Shown: positions 8,701 through 18,101 of the stretch, piece after piece | Position numbering within the stretch: position 1 is the first letter of the stretch | Layout: each line of letters opens with the position of its first letter | From: an uncultured Poribacteria bacterium | GTDB taxonomy: Bacteria > Poribacteria > WGA-4E > WGA-3G | Assembly: GCA_958296135.2 (NCBI GenBank) | Contig: CATQHZ020000001.1 | Location: forward strand, 800,001 to 864,000 | Reading direction: 5' to 3' | DNA length: 64,000 bases | Notes under the pieces: model-generated | What the model was told of the DNA's origin: nothing | The model's database searches: none | What the model saw: only the letters and a program-made list of their open reading frames with translations | Program-made: the position numbers and the translations under genes

Positions 8701-9945
8701 ATGTTAGAAAACGTAAATACCGCTTCACGTCCTTCGGAATTGAAAATCACTGACATGCGTATTGTTCGGACGAAGGTAGGCGGGCCTATCATGAAACTGG
8801 AGACGAATCAGGGCATCCATGGGCTCGGCGAAGTGCGCGATGGTGCGAGTCCAACGTATGCGCTGATGCTCAAAAGCCGCATTTTGGGCGAAAACCCGTG
8901 CAATGTTGATAAAATCTTCCGAAAGATCAAGCAGTTCGGGCACCATGCGCGGCAAGGCGGCGGCGTGTGCGGCATCGAGATGGCCCTCATGGATCTGGTG
9001 GGGAAGGCGTACGGCGTGCCGTGTTATCAACTCGCTGGCGGGAAATTCCGCGACAAAATCCGATGTTATAGCGATACGCCCTCCCTCAAAGACGCGGGGG
9101 ATATGGGCGCGAAGTTACAGGAACGCATTGACAGCGGCTTCACCTTCCTGAAGATGGACCTCGGGATTGGATTACTGCGAGGTATCCGCGGCGCGCTTGC
9201 CGCCCCAAGCGGGAATTTAGACACGCATCACTTGATGCATCCGTTCACCGGCATCCGTCTTACCGACAAAGGCATCCGGCTCTTGTGCGAGTATGTGGAG
9301 CTCGTCAGAGCCATTATTGACTATGAGGTGCCGCTGGCAGTAGATCATTTCGGACATATCGGCATTGAGGACTGCATCCGGCTCGCGCGGGCGTTGGAGA
9401 AATATAACCTTGCGTGGCTGGAAGATATGGTGCCGTGGCAGTACACGGAACAGTATGTGCGCCTCTCCAACTCGTGCGCGACACCGATTTGCACCGGCGA
9501 GGACATCTACTGCAAAGAGGACTTCATGCCGCTGTTTGAGAAACGGGCGATTGCGGTTTGTCACCCGGATATTGCCACTTCGGGTGGGATTTTAGAGACG
9601 AAGAAAATCGGCGATCTGGCGGAGGAGCACGGTATCGCGATGGCCCTCCACATGGCAGGCACTCCTGTCTGTGCGATGGCGAGCGTCCACTGCGCGGCGG
9701 CGACTTCAAACTTCCTCGTCTTGGAAAACCACTCTGTTGACAACCCGTGGTGGGATGACATGGTGACAGGTTTACCGAACCCGATTATCCAAGATGGCTA
9801 TATTACTGTCCCGGACACGCCGGGGTTAGGCATCGAGCTCAACGAGGAGGTGATTCGGGAGCATTTGCATCCCGACGCGCCCGAATACTTCCCTCCGACG
9901 ACTGCGTGGGATTCGGAACGTTCGCACGATAGGCTGTGGAGTTAG
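8701..9945 (+). CDS. Mandelate racemase/muconate lactonizing enzyme family (sugar-acid dehydratase-like)
   Basis: 'GIEMALMDLVGK', 'FLKMD', 'WLED', 'TGED', 'HPD..GGILE..KI'. Confidence 0.9.
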   Translation: MLENVNTASRPSELKITDMRIVRTKVGGPIMKLETNQGIHGLGEVRDGASPTYALMLKSRILGENPCNVDKIFRKIKQFGHHARQGGGVCGIEMALMDLVGKAYGVPCYQLAGGKFRDKIRCYSDTPSLKDAGDMGAKLQERIDSGFTFLKMDLGIGLLRGIRGALAAPSGNLDTHHLMHPFTGIRLTDKGIRLLCEYVELVRAIIDYEVPLAVDHFGHIGIEDCIRLARALEKYNLAWLEDMVPWQYTEQYVRLSNSCATPICTGEDIYCKEDFMPLFEKRAIAVCHPDIATSGGILETKKIGDLAEEHGIAMALHMAGTPVCAMASVHCAAATSNFLVLENHSVDNPWWDDMVTGLPNPIIQDGYITVPDTPGLGIELNEEVIREHLHPDAPEYFPPTTAWDSERSHDRLWS

Positions 9946-9977
9946 TGGGGTTTGTCTGGGCGGATTTTCATAGAAAC

Positions 9978-11105
9978 TTACGGTATCTCCGCGACGTAAA
10001 CCTGCGAATGCCCCGAAACATCCGATGTATACACAACCGCCTTTTCATCAGGACTAAAGGAGGGATGTGGATGCGTCCACTGCGGGCCGTAAACGGTGTC
10101 CACCTTCATCTCCATCCAGCTGAGTGCCTTTTCCCTATCCTCCTGCTGTTGTGCCGCCGCCCAATCCTCGGCGAGAGCGTACCGGTCGGTTTTCCATTGG
10201 CTGCCGCTCGAGGAACTTTGCGGATAACAAATCTGCGTATGCTCACCTGTCTCCACATCCACCAGACGCAAACCGATATCGGGATGCACTGTATCGCACA
10301 AGACTTTGGTGCCGGCGCGATTGCTGGCAATGTGCCACGCATTAAAATCGGCAATCGTCTGCATTTGTAACGTTTCCAACGAGAACCTGCGTAGCGCGTA
10401 GGGCCAATGCGTCACAATCAGTTCGTCCTGCGCGCCGAGGAAGGTTTCATGGACGAGAAACTCATTGTTGTCGTGCTCATAGAGCTGCCGATTTTCCGTG
10501 CCATTACGGTTTATCGTCCACATCCGGGGTGCGGGATCCCCCGAATAGGCGATGAGTTCCGCGTGTTTCGGATGGAATTGTGGATGGATAATCGTCTGCG
10601 TTGGTGACGTATAGATAACCTCGCCGCCGCTGCTATCGGTTGCCGTAACAGTAATGTGCGATTTCTCATCGCGCTTCATCGCCGTGACGATAAACTGCTC
10701 ATCGGCACTGACGCTGCATTCACCGAGGCTGCCGCCGGGAAATTTTTCCAGCGTCCGTTCTGCTAACGTCTCCAAATGAATCGCCTTGATTTCGTCTGCT
10801 TGGGTATAGAAGAGTTGCGTGCCATCTTTGGCAATCACACCGGAGTAGCCGTGAACGTTATCGGCATCGGTAAGTTGCACGATATCTCCGTCCGGAAATG
10901 CCACCTTAAAAAAGTTCGGTTTTCCGGAGCGATAGGAGGTGAAAACGAGGAACCCCTGGTCTGGCGTGAATGAAGGTGTCAGAAAGTAGAGGTTGTGGTT
11001 AATGGATGCATCGTTTGTGAGTTGATAGATATGCGCGCCCGTTTGAGCATCGTCAAATTCGCGAAGTTCTGATGAATGAACGGCGGCTTTTGCGTAGGTT
11101 GCCAT
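9978..11105 (-). CDS. Oligogalacturonate lyase-family beta-propeller protein
   Basis: 'DAQTGAHIYQLT', 'NLYFLTPSFTPD', 'HPQFHP', 'HETF', 'THPHPSFSPD..VVYTSD'. Start ATG 11105 with AGGAG RBS. Confidence 0.8.
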   Translation of the reverse strand: MATYAKAAVHSSELREFDDAQTGAHIYQLTNDASINHNLYFLTPSFTPDQGFLVFTSYRSGKPNFFKVAFPDGDIVQLTDADNVHGYSGVIAKDGTQLFYTQADEIKAIHLETLAERTLEKFPGGSLGECSVSADEQFIVTAMKRDEKSHITVTATDSSGGEVIYTSPTQTIIHPQFHPKHAELIAYSGDPAPRMWTINRNGTENRQLYEHDNNEFLVHETFLGAQDELIVTHWPYALRRFSLETLQMQTIADFNAWHIASNRAGTKVLCDTVHPDIGLRLVDVETGEHTQICYPQSSSSGSQWKTDRYALAEDWAAAQQQEDREKALSWMEMKVDTVYGPQWTHPHPSFSPDEKAVVYTSDVSGHSQVYVAEIP

Positions 11106-11144
11106 AGTGTTGCTCCTACTGCAGATGAAGATGATATTTTTGCC

Positions 11145-11173
11145 ATGATACCAAATTCGCGATGAAATGTCAA
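11145..11173 (-). promoter_or_regulatory. Sigma70-type promoter (divergent pair, leftward)
   Basis: TTGACA-17 nt-TATCAT on the minus strand. Confidence 0.65.
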
Positions 11174-11203
11174 GGGAAAAATGTTGCAGAAAAATAATTT
11201 GGC

Positions 11204-11233
11204 TTGACAAGGAATCCGAAAATAGTGTAGACT
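11204..11233 (+). promoter_or_regulatory. Sigma70-type promoter (divergent pair, rightward)
   Basis: TTGACA-18 nt-TAGACT. Confidence 0.55.
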
Positions 11234-11294
11234 ATATTTTACTAGCATCTTTGGTGTGGCTTCGCGCCACAAATTAACTTTTCAGGAGGCAATA

Positions 11295-13178
11295 ATGAAC
11301 TTCAGAATCAAAATGTTAACCGTGATGGTGGTGATGCTGATGCTTTGCACCGCCCCCTTCGCGCTTGCACAGAAAATGTGGGAGAAGGTGAGCGAATCGC
11401 AATGGAGCGCGACCTTTTCCGATGTCTTTTTCGTTGATGAACAGCACGGGTGGATTGTCGGCAGCAATTCTACCATCCTGCATACCACCGATGGCGGCAT
11501 GTCGTGGGAAAGACAACCGAGTCAACCGCTCCCTTTTGATATTGAGTTGAAGAAGGTTCGGTTTCTTAACCCGAAGTTGGGATGGGTTGTAGGTGACAAA
11601 GGCACGGTGCTCAAGACAACCGATGGCGGGCAGACGTGGATGAAAAAGAATACCGGTACCTCTACTGCACTGTTAGCTGTTACTTTTGTGGATGAGCAGC
11701 ACGGCTGGGCGAGCGGTGATGGCGGGTTCATCATCAGCACTGCAAACGGCGGTACAACCTGGACAGAGCAGGAAATCGGAACTAATAACTCTATAGAAGG
11801 TATCTACTTTGTCACTCCCGAATTGGGCTGGGCGGCTGGCGGCGGCGGCACCCTTCTCCATACGACTGACGGTGGACAGAATTGGCAGTTCCAGACGAGT
11901 AACACGGTGCAGACGTTAGATTCCCTTTTCATGCTGAACGAAAGCACTGGCTGGGCGGTAGGTTCCGGCGGTGCTGTCGTGGCTACGGTGAACGGCACGG
12001 AGTGGGCAGTTCAGGAGAGTCATGTCCCGAATTCTAACGGGATGCCCGAACCGATTTGGGATGTCCATTTCGTTGATGAGAAGTTAGGCATCGCCGCGGC
12101 GGAGTTCGGCGTGATTTTGCGGACAACCGATGGGGGTACAACCTGGGCCCCTTTAAGCCCGCGCCCCGTCGCAGCCCGGCTCCAAGGCGTGCACGTGGTG
12201 AACCAGAACGAAGCATGGGTAGTTGGCGCTGACGCAACCATCTTACACAGTTCTGATGGGGGCCACACGTGGGAGATTGTTTCTAATTCCCCCAGTTTGC
12301 AGGCAGTTCACTTTTACACAGACCGGTTAGGATGGGCGGTAGGTTTGTCGGGGACTGTGCTGCATACCAGTGATGGCGGCGAAACATGGACACCTCAGAA
12401 AGGTGGCGTTTTTGAGTTTTTCGGTGTCGGGTTCGTCAGTGAGACCAAAGGCTATATTGTTGGAAGTAATGCCGCTCTGGCTGAAACGCTTGATGGCGGT
12501 AATACCTGGGCAGACCTCAGTGACCCGGGCGATGAAGGCCATGGCACCGCGCAGCGAATTAAGTTTGATGGCATCATGAGTTGGCGCAGCGCGATGGGCT
12601 CATACGCGATGAGTTTCGGGAGCCCGACGCATGCGTGGGCCGTGGGCGAAACTGGCCGGATTATGCACACCAGCGACGGTGGGCAAACCTGGCTCGGACA
12701 AGACTGCGATCCGATGATGACAGGTGCAGGATTTAACAATCTATACGGTGTTCACTTCATAGATGAAAAAGTCGGCTGGGTAGTCGGCGATGCAGGTACG
12801 ATTATCAAAACAACCGATGGCGGGCAAACATGGATGTCAATGCTGCAAGGGCCGGCGTTGAAAGATGCGTTCGTGCTGAACCCGCAGACTGTGTGGGTAG
12901 TCGGCGAGCAAGGTGCTATCATGCTCTCCACCGATAGCGGTATGGTGTGGACAGAGCAGACAGTGCCGACAGATGCAAACCTCAACGCTATCCTCTTTCT
13001 GAACGAAAATGAGGGATGGGCTGTGGGTGATAACGGTACTATTCTCCGTACCGCCGATGGCGGCGTGACATGGTTGATGCAGGAATCGCCCACGATGAGC
13101 CACCTGCAAGATATTGTGAAAGCGCCGAGTGGACAGTTGTGGGCTGTGGGCGATGCAACGACGATTATCCGTTATTAA
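11295..13178 (+). CDS. Secreted YCF48/Hcf136-like BNR-repeat beta-propeller protein
   Basis: Signal peptide; about 14 repeats of 'V.F.D...GW.VG..G.IL.T.DGG.TW'. AGGAGG RBS before ATG 11295. Confidence 0.9.
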   Translation: MNFRIKMLTVMVVMLMLCTAPFALAQKMWEKVSESQWSATFSDVFFVDEQHGWIVGSNSTILHTTDGGMSWERQPSQPLPFDIELKKVRFLNPKLGWVVGDKGTVLKTTDGGQTWMKKNTGTSTALLAVTFVDEQHGWASGDGGFIISTANGGTTWTEQEIGTNNSIEGIYFVTPELGWAAGGGGTLLHTTDGGQNWQFQTSNTVQTLDSLFMLNESTGWAVGSGGAVVATVNGTEWAVQESHVPNSNGMPEPIWDVHFVDEKLGIAAAEFGVILRTTDGGTTWAPLSPRPVAARLQGVHVVNQNEAWVVGADATILHSSDGGHTWEIVSNSPSLQAVHFYTDRLGWAVGLSGTVLHTSDGGETWTPQKGGVFEFFGVGFVSETKGYIVGSNAALAETLDGGNTWADLSDPGDEGHGTAQRIKFDGIMSWRSAMGSYAMSFGSPTHAWAVGETGRIMHTSDGGQTWLGQDCDPMMTGAGFNNLYGVHFIDEKVGWVVGDAGTIIKTTDGGQTWMSMLQGPALKDAFVLNPQTVWVVGEQGAIMLSTDSGMVWTEQTVPTDANLNAILFLNENEGWAVGDNGTILRTADGGVTWLMQESPTMSHLQDIVKAPSGQLWAVGDATTIIRY

Positions 13179-13322
13179 TTTCAGTCCTGACGCAAATTCA
13201 AGCATCCCTCTATCCGGTAGGCGCGCTTTGCCAGCGCGCCTACGGAAGGCTGCGTTCGTAAAGTTGCCGGTTTGTCAGGGCGGATTTCTATATCCGCCCA
13301 CAACATGGGAGGACTCATTCCA

Positions 13323-14768
13323 ATGAATTCATGCCGGTTTCGCGACATCTCATGGCGCGGAGCCTTTCTGATATTTTTATGCGCCTTCTCCGTTTTCAGC
13401 GCGCTTCCGAAACGCGCCTCCGGTGATAGGGAGAGCTCGGTGCAGGAGTCACGCGTTTTGACGCTTGAAGAGAGCATCGAGGTGGCCAAGCGGAGCAATC
13501 TGAGTCTCCAGACAGCGGAACAGACTCTCAAAACGGCGGCGGCGCAGGTGCGCTCGGCGCGCGCTGGCCTCTTGCCGCGGATTACGGCGAACGGCGACTA
13601 TACCTATTTTAAAGATATCCAAAAGTCTGTGATTCAGGCCGAGGGTGGGTTCGGTTTCCTGCCGCCTGGGGGCGCAGAGATGCAACCGATGCCAACGCCA
13701 AGTGGCGATAACGAAGCGGAGACAATTGAATTGGAGTTTGGCGCGCAGCATAATGTGCAAGGCACACTGAGCCTCACGCAACCGATTTTCGCGTGGGGAC
13801 GCTACTATTACGGGTATCAGGTGGCGAAGCTGAACTATCAGGCAGTTGCGCGTGAAGTCGCGGCTGCCTATCAGCAACTCCGTTTGGATGTCTCTGAGGC
13901 GTTTTACGGCGTTTTAGTGACGCAGGAGTTCGTCCGTGTTGCACAGCAAAGCGTTGCGCTCGTTGAGAAGCAGCTCGGCATCGCTGAGACATCGGTTGAG
14001 GCGGGGGCTGCCACGAATTTCGATGTGCTGCGCGCGAAAGTTCAGTTGGCTAACGCGCAATCGCAGCTTATCCGCGCGGAGAACGGTGTCCGCATTGCCA
14101 AAAACGGCTATAAGACGCTCCTGAATATGCCGCTTTCCGAGGACATCGCGGTTCAAGGCACATTGGAAACCGTCGGCGAGTATCCTTTGGAGAACGGCAG
14201 TCTTGAAGCCTTGATACAACAGGCACTGGCAAATAGGCCTGAGATGAGCCGTTCGCAATTGAACGAGCTCGCGGCACGCAAACAGGTGGATGTCGCGAAA
14301 ACGCGCCGTCTCCCAGACCTCAGTTTTTTCACCAACTACCAAATATCGCAAAATGAGAGGCTCACGCAGATGAACCGCATCTGGAGCCTTGGACTCCGGA
14401 TTAACATTCCAATTTTTGATGGGTTTGCGACGCAGGCGGCGGTGCAACAAACCGAATCTGTCCTCAAACAAACCGAATTGGGGAGCGCGCAGCTGACATC
14501 CGCCGTTGAATTTGAGGTGCGTTCCACCTATCTGAACCTCCTTGAGGCGCGAACGCTGATAGAGGTGCAGCGCGAAACCGTGGCACAAGCGCGCGAGAGT
14601 GTGCGCATCGCAAATCTACAATTTGAAAACGGCATCATTACCACCGTGGCGTTAACCGATACGCAACTCGCGTTGGCGCAAGCGGAAGTGAACCGACTTC
14701 AGGCGCATCATGACTATGTCGTCGGTTTCGCGCGGTTGGAGAAAGCAATCGGACAACAACTACAATAG
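13323..14768 (+). CDS. TolC-family outer-membrane efflux protein
   Basis: 'LTLEESIEVA', 'LSLTQPIF', 'DVLRAKVQLA', 'INIPIFDG', 'ARLEKAIG'. Confidence 0.9.
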   Translation: MNSCRFRDISWRGAFLIFLCAFSVFSALPKRASGDRESSVQESRVLTLEESIEVAKRSNLSLQTAEQTLKTAAAQVRSARAGLLPRITANGDYTYFKDIQKSVIQAEGGFGFLPPGGAEMQPMPTPSGDNEAETIELEFGAQHNVQGTLSLTQPIFAWGRYYYGYQVAKLNYQAVAREVAAAYQQLRLDVSEAFYGVLVTQEFVRVAQQSVALVEKQLGIAETSVEAGAATNFDVLRAKVQLANAQSQLIRAENGVRIAKNGYKTLLNMPLSEDIAVQGTLETVGEYPLENGSLEALIQQALANRPEMSRSQLNELAARKQVDVAKTRRLPDLSFFTNYQISQNERLTQMNRIWSLGLRINIPIFDGFATQAAVQQTESVLKQTELGSAQLTSAVEFEVRSTYLNLLEARTLIEVQRETVAQARESVRIANLQFENGIITTVALTDTQLALAQAEVNRLQAHHDYVVGFARLEKAIGQQLQ

Positions 14769-14818
14769 ACACCAAAAGGGGAAAGGAGCCATTCCTTTAA
14801 AACCCGTTTAGGGGTGAA

Positions 14819-16447
14819 ATGTTTATAGAGGAGAAAACCGAATTGAAAAAAATAGGGCTCGGGGTTATCATCGTCTTAGTGATAGCGGTTCTTACCGTGC
14901 CAAGACTCCTGAAAACCGAAAAACCGACAGAAGAACAAGCCGAAGCCGCCGTGCTGAGACCGGTGGAAATTAGCAAAGCGATGCGGGGCGAAATCCGTTC
15001 CGAACTCCAACTCTCTGGCACCATTAAAGCGCAGTCGCGAGTGAGTGTGTTCCCGAAAATCGCCGGCCGCCTCATCGCGCTTCCTGTCGAGGAAGGGGAC
15101 ACCGTCCAAAAGGGCGATGCTCTTGCCACTGTGGAGCATGAGGAATTAGAACTCGCTGTTCAACAAGCCGAAGCGACGCTGGCATCTGCTGATACGGCGT
15201 ATTCGCAAGCGAAGCAGCTCGCCGAGGTGCGCGTCCGTTCGCAAATCGCGCAAGCCGAGTCGCAACTCAGTGCCGCGATGATTTCGTTAGAACAGGTGAA
15301 GGACCTTTCTGAAATCCGCGCGGTGACGCAGATTGAGCAGGCGGAAGCTGGGTTGCAGTCCCTCGTCGCCAATCGGGAAAAAATCAAGAACGGTGCCCGT
15401 GCTGAAGACCGGCGGCAAGCGGAAGCCGGCCTGAATCAGGCTGTCGCGACGCTCGCCAACGCCGAAAGCAACCATACGCGTATGGAGCAGCTCTTCCAAA
15501 ATGGGGCAATCAGTCAGCAGTCCCTTGAGAGCGCGAAGACGCAGTTAGATGTTGCCTTAGCACAACATAAGATTGCTGTGGAGCAACTACAGCTCATTGA
15601 CAACGGTGCGCGCGTGGAGGATATCCAAGCGATGGAGGCGCAGGTTGAACAAGCCTCGGCATCGCTGCGGTTGGCGCGGGTGCAAGCCGAAACACGTTCG
15701 TGGGAGAAGGACATCGCGCTGGCCCACTCCCAAGTTCAAACGGCACAAGCTGCGCTCACTGCCGCACAAGCCTTGCAAACCGCTAAGAGTTGGGAGGCAG
15801 AAATTACGACGGCGAAGACGGCGCGCACACAGGCGCAGGTCGCGCTGAAACTGGCGAAGAAGCGGCTCAAAGATGCCACGATTTACGCGCCTATTTCGGG
15901 GGTTATCTCGCAACGTAACCTCGATTTTGGCGGCATGGCTGTTCCGACGGCGCCACTGTTTGAGATTGTCAACATTGACACCGTCAAAGCCACCGTCGAT
16001 GTAATCGAGTCGCAGTTGGGCCAATTGACACTGAATCAGCAGGCATCGATAGAGATTGATGGGATAGCCGAGCCGCTCACGGGCACGGTGGCGTTCATGA
16101 GTCCGACACTACAAGCGGCACGCCGCACCGCGACTGTTGAGTTTCATATTGATAATGCGGCGGGCATATTGAAGCCCGGCATGTTCGCCAACGTCACGGT
16201 GCCGATTGAGGTGCATACGGATGCGATTCTCATCCCTCGTGCCACGCTCCTTGAGGACGCAGCAACGAAGCAGCAAGAGGTGTTCGTCGTTGAGAACGGC
16301 GTGAGTCAACGCCGCACTGTGCAAATTGGGCTGTTACGTGAAGGCCAGGTCGAAGTGCTCAGTGGCCTCACTGAAGGCGAGGCGGTTGTCACCGCGGGAC
16401 AACATTCCCTGAAATCAGGAGAAAGCGTCACAGTAGTCAATCGATAA
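14819..16447 (+). CDS. Efflux RND periplasmic adaptor (MFP) with a very long alpha-hairpin
   Basis: Lipoyl halves 'VFPKIAGRL..LPVEEGDTVQKGD' and 'IYAPISGVI'; 'LKPGMF', 'GLTEGEAVV'. Confidence 0.9.
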   Translation: MFIEEKTELKKIGLGVIIVLVIAVLTVPRLLKTEKPTEEQAEAAVLRPVEISKAMRGEIRSELQLSGTIKAQSRVSVFPKIAGRLIALPVEEGDTVQKGDALATVEHEELELAVQQAEATLASADTAYSQAKQLAEVRVRSQIAQAESQLSAAMISLEQVKDLSEIRAVTQIEQAEAGLQSLVANREKIKNGARAEDRRQAEAGLNQAVATLANAESNHTRMEQLFQNGAISQQSLESAKTQLDVALAQHKIAVEQLQLIDNGARVEDIQAMEAQVEQASASLRLARVQAETRSWEKDIALAHSQVQTAQAALTAAQALQTAKSWEAEITTAKTARTQAQVALKLAKKRLKDATIYAPISGVISQRNLDFGGMAVPTAPLFEIVNIDTVKATVDVIESQLGQLTLNQQASIEIDGIAEPLTGTVAFMSPTLQAARRTATVEFHIDNAAGILKPGMFANVTVPIEVHTDAILIPRATLLEDAATKQQEVFVVENGVSQRRTVQIGLLREGQVEVLSGLTEGEAVVTAGQHSLKSGESVTVVNR

Positions 16448-16500
16448 ATCGCTCGGATGGCGCGGGAAACCTGTCCCTCGTCACGCTGCGAGTAAACACA

Positions 16501-16529
16501 TTGACATCCGATAATTTTTGTGCTACAAT
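16501..16529 (+). promoter_or_regulatory. Sigma70-type promoter upstream of the dprA fusion
   Basis: TTGACA-17 nt-TACAAT with extended TG. Confidence 0.7.
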
Positions 16530-16763
16530 TAAAAGCAGATTGTAACACCTTGCGGACCCCGAGGAGAAACGATATGACTTATCAACCGTCGTTTCATACA
16601 TGTCGGTAGTGTGTGTTTCTGGCAATATGATGATGGATTATGAACGGGGAAAGCATTGGAAATCAGTATCACAGATTTCCATAGCCGCCAAAACATCTTG
16701 AACTATTAATGGAATTCGGGTAACATAGGATAATATTAGTCTCACCTGAACCGAGGCAAAACC

Positions 16764-18101
16764 ATGTTATCCGAGGAGACGAAAAGCCTGATTCATTTCA
16801 ACCTGATGCAAGGGGTTGGTTCTAAAACTATCCAACTCTTGGTTGAGGCCTTCGGTTGCGCTGAATCGGCACTGCAGGCAGCACCTGATGTGCAACAGAG
16901 AAGGTTAGCGGAATTAGGGAGTTCTGCCCCTGCAGGTTTGATTCACAGGCTACTTTACTATCCTTTGCAACGTGAACTTGAACTTATCGAACACCATGGA
17001 TGCGACGTTATAACGCTTTATGATGAAGCGTATCCACCGTTGCTGAAGGGGATTCATCATCCACCGATTTTGCTTTATGTCAAAGGGGAAATCCAAGCAG
17101 CTGATAACAAAAGCATTGCCCTCGTCGGTTCGCGTCGAGCAACAGAGGACGGCCGGCGACTCTGCCATAAACTCAGTTACGCGCTAGCTAAACACGGCGT
17201 GACGGTGGTGAGTGGTTTAGCAAGGGGCATTGATGAAAGCGCGCACCGCGGGGCTCTTGAAGCTGGCGGCAGAACCATCGCTGTAATCGGCAGGGGCTTG
17301 AGTGATGTTTATCCACAGGAAAACCGTAATCTTGCGGCGCAAATTGTGAAATTCGGCGCGTTAATCTCTGAATTTCCAATGGCCATGGAAGTGAGACGGA
17401 AAAACTTCCCGCAGCGCAACCGTATCATAAGCGGTTTAACGCGCGGCACCGTTGTCGGTGAAGCACCGAAGGGAAGCGGCGCGCTCATAACAGCAAAGCA
17501 TGCTCGCGAGCAGGAGCGAGAAGTATTTGCGCTACCTGGACAGATTTTATCTGGCATGGGGCAAGGCACACAAGCCCTAATTAACAGCGGACAGGCCACA
17601 TTTGTCAATGAAGCGGCAGACCTGCTGAAACTCTTTACGCCTTACCGTCTACGACGAAAACCTGCACAGACACCAGAATCACTGCAGCTATTTCTCGTTG
17701 AACAGCGTGATGAAGCACTCGTGGTGACAGCCGTTGTTGGCTATTTCAAGAATCCTGCGTTTCAGCGGTTTTCTATAAAACTTGAACACGACGTTCGGAT
17801 CGGCTCTAGAGATGGCAGAGCTGACGTTGTGCTTCTTACTGCAGAAGGGACACTCGCTGCTATTGCAGAGTGCAAACCTGAATACGAGAAATTTGGAGAT
17901 GAGCAGCTGAGGTCCTACCTCTCGGCAACCGATACACGCTTTGGCATATTTGCCAATAGCGAGAGGGCTGATAGGTGGGAGTTTTATGAGAACCTCGGGC
18001 GAAGCCAATTTAAAAAGATTAGCCGTTCTGAATTTGAGAATGGCATCCTCGGCGGCGTTAGCACGAAACTCTCCAGACATCCGCGAGAACCTAGTCATTG
18101 A
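16764..18101 (+). CDS. dprA: DNA-processing protein DprA fused to a C-terminal type I restriction HsdR_N-like PD-(D/E)xK domain
   Basis: 'YPPLL..I..PP..LYVKG', 'ALVGSR', 'VSGLARGID..AH', 'FPQRNRIISG', 'SGALITA'. C-terminus 'GRADVVL..IAECK..EQLRSYLSAT..FGIFAN'. Confidence 0.85.
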   Translation: MLSEETKSLIHFNLMQGVGSKTIQLLVEAFGCAESALQAAPDVQQRRLAELGSSAPAGLIHRLLYYPLQRELELIEHHGCDVITLYDEAYPPLLKGIHHPPILLYVKGEIQAADNKSIALVGSRRATEDGRRLCHKLSYALAKHGVTVVSGLARGIDESAHRGALEAGGRTIAVIGRGLSDVYPQENRNLAAQIVKFGALISEFPMAMEVRRKNFPQRNRIISGLTRGTVVGEAPKGSGALITAKHAREQEREVFALPGQILSGMGQGTQALINSGQATFVNEAADLLKLFTPYRLRRKPAQTPESLQLFLVEQRDEALVVTAVVGYFKNPAFQRFSIKLEHDVRIGSRDGRADVVLLTAEGTLAAIAECKPEYEKFGDEQLRSYLSATDTRFGIFANSERADRWEFYENLGRSQFKKISRSEFENGILGGVSTKLSRHPREPSH

